Assembly: GCA_963804995.1 (NCBI GenBank)
Contig: CAWDSK010000005.1
Location: 608,001 to 672,000 of the forward strand
Direction of reading: 5' to 3'
Origin: an uncultured Acidobacteriota bacterium
Lineage (GTDB): Bacteria; Acidobacteriota; Terriglobia; UBA7540
DNA length: 64,000 nucleotides
Shown: piece by piece, positions 58,501 to 64,000 of the stretch
Layout: each line of letters begins with the position of its first letter
Position numbering within the stretch: the stretch's first letter is position 1
Program-made: the position numbers and the translations under genes
Notes under the pieces: model-generated
Told to the model about the DNA's origin: nothing
The model's input: the letters and a program-made list of their open reading frames with translations, nothing else
Databases searched by the model: none

Positions 58501-59870
58501 ATGGCAAACCGATTACCCGAAATTCCAGGATTGAGGACTCGTCCAGCCCCCCGAGCATACACCGTGGCCCGGACGCTGCTCGGGTTGATGCTGTTCCTGG
58601 TGCCTCTCCCTTACGGCGCCGTCTATACGTGGGCTTGGGCGTCAATCAGCATCATGACACTCTTGATTCTGATTCTGTGGTTGCGGGGAAGTATGCAGGA
58701 AGGGCGGCTGAGAGTAGGTTGGTCCCCGCTTTACTTGCCCATTGGCCTTTTTTTCGCCCTCGGTCTCTTTCAGTTGGTTTTTCATTTCACCCTTACACCC
58801 ATCGCTACGCGAGAATCGCTTCTCAAACTCGCCACCTACTTTGTTTTGTTCTTTGTTGTCATCCAGCTTTTCGTTGCTTCTCCCGTCGAGACATGGCGCA
58901 GGGTGGGACTCGCCGTGCTGGTTTTCGGGTTTGCATTCAGCTTTCTTTCTATCCTTCAGTTTTTGTGGGACCCGGGCAGGATTTTCTGGGTCGATCACAA
59001 TCTTGGAGGTCCCTTCGGCCCTTACGTCGATCGCGACCACTATGCGGGTTTGATGGAGATGGTCATTCCAGTATCCGCTTCCTTTGTTCTCTCGCGGCCG
59101 AAACGTGATCCGCTGAATGCCATGTTCTGGTTTGGTGTGCTGGTCCCGATTGTCTCGCTGCTCCTTACCGGCTCTCGTGGAGGGCTTGTCTCTCTCTTGG
59201 TGGAGACGGCAATCCTGGGCGGGATCATGTTCTGGCGTGACCCTGTGCGCGGCCGACGAAGGAGAGTCGCAACCACGGGGTTGGTGCTTGCGGCCGTGGC
59301 GGTGCTTTTCTTCTGGCTTGTCCCGACCTATGTGCTTACCAAGCTCGGAACGGTTGAAAGCTATGCCTCGGAAACCAGTGCCGGCAACCGGCCGACCCTT
59401 TGGTGGAACTCTCTGGGATAGTTCGGGATCATCCCTTGCTAGGGGTCGGAATGGGGAGCTTTAAGACGGCATATCCACCTCATCAAACCCAGGCGAATGA
59501 TTTGGTGACTGAGCACGCTCACAATGACTACGTAGAAGCTTTGGCAGAAACTGGGCTACCTGGCGGAATTTTGGTTCTTGCTGCCCTGTTTTTGTTTTTC
59601 CCCATCGCGTTTAGAAACCTGGCTGTACAATTGGATGATGAGCCAGGGTGGAACAAACTGGGTGCAGCCGTCGCCTGTTGCGGGATGCTTGTCCACAGCT
59701 TCGTCGACTTCAACCTTCAAATCCCTGCCAATGCGGCATGGTTCGTATTCTGTTCCGGGCTGGCGAGCCTTTCTGGCTGGCCTAACCCTGGGCAAGTAGA
59801 ACATGCCCTAGCTGAGTTGCTCGAAGGCGGGAACGAGCCTCCTGGGTTGCGCGGCGTGGTGCGAATGTAG
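58501..59870 (+). CDS. O-antigen ligase/Wzy_C family protein; frameshift near 59416
   Basis: TGSRGG; HPLLGVGMGSF, HAHNDY..LAETG, VHSFVDFN; one G missing in ctg(g)ggata. Confidence 0.85.
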
Positions 59871-60222
59871 CCTCGACTCCCTCCGCGGATTGCGGTGGGT
59901 GCCGAGAATATATAGGATTCTGATAAGGGTTTGATGGACCCCCTATGACACAGAATCGGCGGGTGGGAGTTTTAGGCCCGGGGCACGTTGGGTTGCCCAC
60001 TGCCCTGGGCTTCGCTGAACTGGGATGGAATGTAGTCGGGATCCTCCTCTGAAACTGAGCCCATCAGAGGCGTCGTTGAGAAGCCATACATAGGGGCAGG
60101 GGGGTAGTTGTCTCGGTTCCAAAGTTCACTTTGAAGGAACCTCACGAAACGATGGTTATGGAAGGCTATCCTTTGAACCACCTCACCCGAGGAGCGGGCA
60201 GATTACCGATAGGAGTTACACC

Positions 60223-61299
60223 ATGAACACTGAAATCTCTCGAATCTCGGAAGCAACAAGAGGAAAGCCCGGACGCCATCTGTTAACGAACACGCTTCTG
60301 GGGCTCGCGATAGGATTAATCGCGATCAGTGGTTGCCCAATCCTACGGGCTCAGGACACTGCCCAAGGCTCAAAACCCAGCCCTGCGGCCTCGGAAAAGC
60401 AACCCGCCGCTGCAACTCCCGTGGCGCCTCAGGACGACCAGATTGAGATAAGTCCGAAAGATGTTTTGGATATCTACGTCTACGACGTTCCCGAGCTTTC
60501 CCGTTCGTATGACGTAAGCCCATCGGGGATGGTCACTATGCCGCTTTTGGAGCAGCCGGTCCATGCCGTGGGGTTGACGCCTGACCAGTTCGCGCGCGCA
60601 TTGGAAGAGGCTTTCCGCCAGTCCGGTCGCCTAAGACGCCCGGAAATCGCCGTCTCGATTAAGCAAACGCGAAATAGTTCTGTGGCGGTGGACGGTGGTA
60701 TAAAAACTCCTCAGGTTTTACAGGTCGTTGGGCGGACGAAGCTTGTCGACATTCTTTCTCAATGTGGCGGGCTGGCTGACGACGCAGGGTCTGAAGTCAC
60801 GGTAACGCATGGCCCCTTGGCTCTGCGGGACCTCCCCTCGGAGGGTGGGCAGGCGACTCAGACGCTGACCCTCGAGTTGAAGAAGGTGCTGGATGGCAAT
60901 GATCCAGCTTCGTCGACTTTAGTGTGGCCGGGTGATCGCGTATCAGTGACCCGTGCTGGCGTTTTTTACATCCTCGGGGATGTCAGGAGTCCTGGGGGCT
61001 ACACCCTTGGCGCTCCACACAGTGACTTAACCGTACTACGGGCCTTGGCCCTTGCCGGCGATGCGAATAGAACTGCTAAGAAGAACAAGGCAATGATCAT
61101 CCGAAAGGATCCGAAAGCGCCGAATGGACGTGAGGAGATTGCACTTAATCTGAAGGATATAATGAGTGGACGGAAACCAGATCCCAAATTGCAAGCGAAC
61201 GACATCCTCTATGTCCCGTCCAGTGGAGGCAAGCGTGCGCTCCAAACGTTAACTAACGTTCCCGCGACACTCGCGACGAGCGCCGTCATAGTTCACTAG
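60223..61299 (+). CDS. Polysaccharide export protein (Wza-like, Poly_export + SLBB)
   Basis: DVLDIYVYDVPELS, VSPSG.VTMP, GDVRSPG, LQANDILYVP. Confidence 0.9.
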   Translation: MNTEISRISEATRGKPGRHLLTNTLLGLAIGLIAISGCPILRAQDTAQGSKPSPAASEKQPAAATPVAPQDDQIEISPKDVLDIYVYDVPELSRSYDVSPSGMVTMPLLEQPVHAVGLTPDQFARALEEAFRQSGRLRRPEIAVSIKQTRNSSVAVDGGIKTPQVLQVVGRTKLVDILSQCGGLADDAGSEVTVTHGPLALRDLPSEGGQATQTLTLELKKVLDGNDPASSTLVWPGDRVSVTRAGVFYILGDVRSPGGYTLGAPHSDLTVLRALALAGDANRTAKKNKAMIIRKDPKAPNGREEIALNLKDIMSGRKPDPKLQANDILYVPSSGGKRALQTLTNVPATLATSAVIVH

Positions 61300-61457
61300 T
61301 GTTGCCTCATAAGGCCATTAAGTTGGGGAGCTTGCAGTGGGGTTCACTACACCACTCAACAGCATCGTGGCTGTATCCAATACTGGAGACTCCGTGGAAT
61401 CAGGGCCGACACCGAGTCTTTCCCGACAACCAATAGGCTCAGACGTGAGGAAATAAC

Positions 61458-63720
61458 ATGCCTGAAGACAATCATTTAACTCCCTTTAACCCAGTGCCTC
61501 TCGGTCCCAGCGACTTGCGCGACCGGCGCATCCCAGCGTCCAAGAACATTGAGATCGGTGAGATCGATGCCTTCGGCCAATTCCGCGCCGTCTGGGATCT
61601 TTTAGTGAAACATCAGTGGCTCATCTTGGCCGTCACGGTTGTGCTCACAGCCTTGGTAGCCTTCTACTCCTTCAAGATGCAGCCGGTTTACCAAGCCATG
61701 TCCCGCGTCGATGTGGAATCCGAAATACCCCTCCTGCAGTCCTTGAATGATCTCTTCAAGACCGGGGAAGCCGACGAAGCGTTTCTGGCCACTCAAGTCA
61801 GCATCCTGCAGAGCGATGAGCTGGCATGGGATACGATCCAGCGATTAGGGATGGGAGGGTCAGAGAAGTCCGGTGGTAAAGTTGTCGGCACTCCCACCAC
61901 GATGCAAACTTCAGCTATCCGGGCATTCCAAGGTCATCTGCGTGTGGAGCGGGCAAAGGACACCCGCATGATACTTGTGAAGTACGAGAGTACCGATCCC
62001 AAACAGGCGGCGGTTGTCGTGAACACGCTAGTCGACAACTTTATCGAATATAACTTTCGCACCAAATATGACGCCTCCCGGCAGGCAACCGGATGGATGG
62101 AGCAGCGGCTGGATGAGTTGAAAGTCAAAGTGGAAAAATCCGAGCAGGCGATGGTCGATTATGAGCGGCAAAATAACATCGTTAGTGTAGGCGACAGGCA
62201 GTCGATTGCGGAATCCAGGCTGGAGGACCTGAACAAAAGCTTCAACAATACGCAAACTGAGCGCTTGTCGAAGGAATCGATTTACAAAATGGTGTCCGAG
62301 AATGAGGCCCAAGTCGGATTCATCCAATCGGGCAGCCTCCTAAACGGCCTGGAAGCCAAGGAATTGGAGTTGAAGCAGCAGTACTCGGAAACTGTGTCGC
62401 ATTACGGGCCAACCTATCCCAAAGCGCTGGCGATTCAGGATCAACTGAAGGATCTGGAGTCGCTCATCGCGCGGGAAAGGAAGCGTGCGGTGGAGAACAT
62501 CCGCAGCGAATACCAGGCTGCCGTACAGCGTGAGAAGATTCTCTCAGATGCCGTGAACAGCCAGAAAGCAGAAGTTTCGAAGGTCAATCAACTGTTGATC
62601 GAGCACAATCTGCTTAAGCGGGAATTCGAATCCAATCAACAGCTTTACGATAGCTTGCTTGCGCACCTGAAGGACGCTAATGTTTCCGCCGGCTTGCGGG
62701 CAACAAACATCCATGTCATCGACCGGGCCGTGCCTCCGACTGCTCCCATCCGGCCGGACAGGGCCCGTAACATCTTGTTTGCCATGGCGGCAGGCTTGGG
62801 GCTGGGGGTGGCCTTAGCATTGACCCGGGAGGCGCTGGACAATTCCATCAAGAGCGCCCAAGAGATTGAGAAGCTTACGGATCTTCCCACCCTGGCGATT
62901 GTTCCCATCGCCCAAACAAATCCCGGGCTAGGTCCCCAAGCCCACACTGGCCCCAAGCGTATTACCACCGTGAGTCAAGATTCGAAATTCCCCCCGGCAT
63001 TGGCGGTTATTAAGAAACCCGGCGCACCCGTCTCCGAAGCGTATCGGGCGCTTCGCACTTCCGTCCTGCTCTCGACCGCCGATCGGCCGCCCCAGGTGTT
63101 GTTGGTTACCAGTTCTCAACCCAATGAAGGGAAGACGGTGACTGCGCTGAATCTCGCTCTTACCATGGCCCAAAAAGGGGGTCGCGTGCTCCTGATCGAT
63201 GCGGACATGCGTCGCCCCGGCATCGCGAAGGCCTTGAAGTTGTCTCTCACTAAGGGGCTTTCGGGGATTCTCACCGGCGCTTATGAGTATGGTCCACAAC
63301 TGCTGTTCAAAATCGAACGGGTGGACGGCCTTTCCCTCCTGCCCTGCGGCCCCATTCCCCCCAATCCGGCCGAACTGCTGTGCTCGATGAAGATGGAAGC
63401 CCTGCTCAAGCGGTTGCGGCAAGATTTTGATCACATCATCCTCGACTCGCCCCCCGTATTGCCGATCACTGACGCCACCATACTCTCCAGCATCGTGGAC
63501 GGCGTCATCATGGTCGTGGAATGCGAAATGACCACGCGCGCCGCACTGAGCCGGGCTTGCCGGGTCATTGAACACGCGGGCGGCAAGATCCTCGGGACGG
63601 TCCTGAACAAGGTGGATGCTAGACGGGACGGATACTATGGATATCGATATTACCACGGATACTATTCATATAATTATAAGTCGTACTATTCGGAAGCAAT
63701 CGCTCCTCCGGTTAGCCGTG
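61458..63720 (+). CDS. wzc: Polysaccharide co-polymerase tyrosine autokinase (3' end approximate; ORF reads through to 63899)
   Basis: Two TMs, coiled coil, Walker A SQPNEGKT, LIDAD, ILDSPP and Tyr cluster YYGYRYYHGYYSYNYKSYY. Confidence 0.9.
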
Positions 63721-63782
63721 AGCCGGTAAGAGTCGCGAGGCAGTTGAACGGTTGGCTTATCGTTCGGAAGGAGAACGGATTT

Positions 63783-64000
63783 ATGGTCTCATTGATTACA
63801 GGTGGTGCGGGATTCATCGGGTCGCACTTGGCGGAGGCCCTGCTTTCGAGGGGAGAGCAGCGTCATCATCCTGGACGACCTCAGTACTGGGTCGGTTGAT
63901 AACCTCCGGCATTTGCGTGCTAACGGGGCCTTGCAATGTTTCTTTGATAGCGTAATGGATCGTCACCTCCTGGCAGAGGTGGTTGATCGAGTCGGACGTC
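63783..64000 (+). CDS. NAD-dependent epimerase/dehydratase, N-terminal part (frameshifted; runs off window)
   Basis: RBS aaggag; LITGGAGFIGSHL, then VIILDDLSTG in another frame. Confidence 0.85.

Noticed and set aside
61458..63899. Genuine Wzc-epimerase fusion
   Set aside because: The epimerase has its own RBS and ATG at 63783, the Tyr cluster is normally terminal, and nearby indels point to error

Overview
A GC-rich bacterial window whose gene content (Oar-like TonB-dependent receptor, many exported sugar-active enzymes, dense palindromic repeats) looks like Acidobacteriota/Terriglobia; that assignment is inference. (1) 1-4.4 kb and 10-12.3 kb are repeat-rich accessory zones with 5'-truncated gene relics, orphan antitoxins and micro-ORFs. 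(2) 4.9-47.5 kb is mostly carbohydrate/amino-sugar utilisation: DUF362, two Tat-type enolase-superfamily enzymes, RraA, a GH-ROK-SIS-MFS operon, TBDR-TPR-sulfatase-like genes, GH5, GH109-like, MlrC, cupin and a SelA/DgaE-like enzyme. It is interrupted by MITEs, a direct-repeat-flanked TA relic and an intact IS4 element (12-bp TSD) nested inside a MITE. (3) 47.7-55.4 kb is a defence/mobile block: a fused restriction-modification gene carrying an in-frame REP insertion, a translationally coupled double-zinc-ribbon/wHTH + HEPN-like/wHTH gene pair (best candidate for an undescribed defence system), a group II intron sitting in a palindrome, and a MazF relic. (4) 56-64 kb is the start of an exopolysaccharide locus (UpxY-like NusG paralog, O-antigen-ligase-like, Wza, Wzc, epimerase) with several frameshifts that may be sequencing errors. 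I saw no rRNA, tRNA or CRISPR array. All family assignments come from motif recognition by eye, not database searches.
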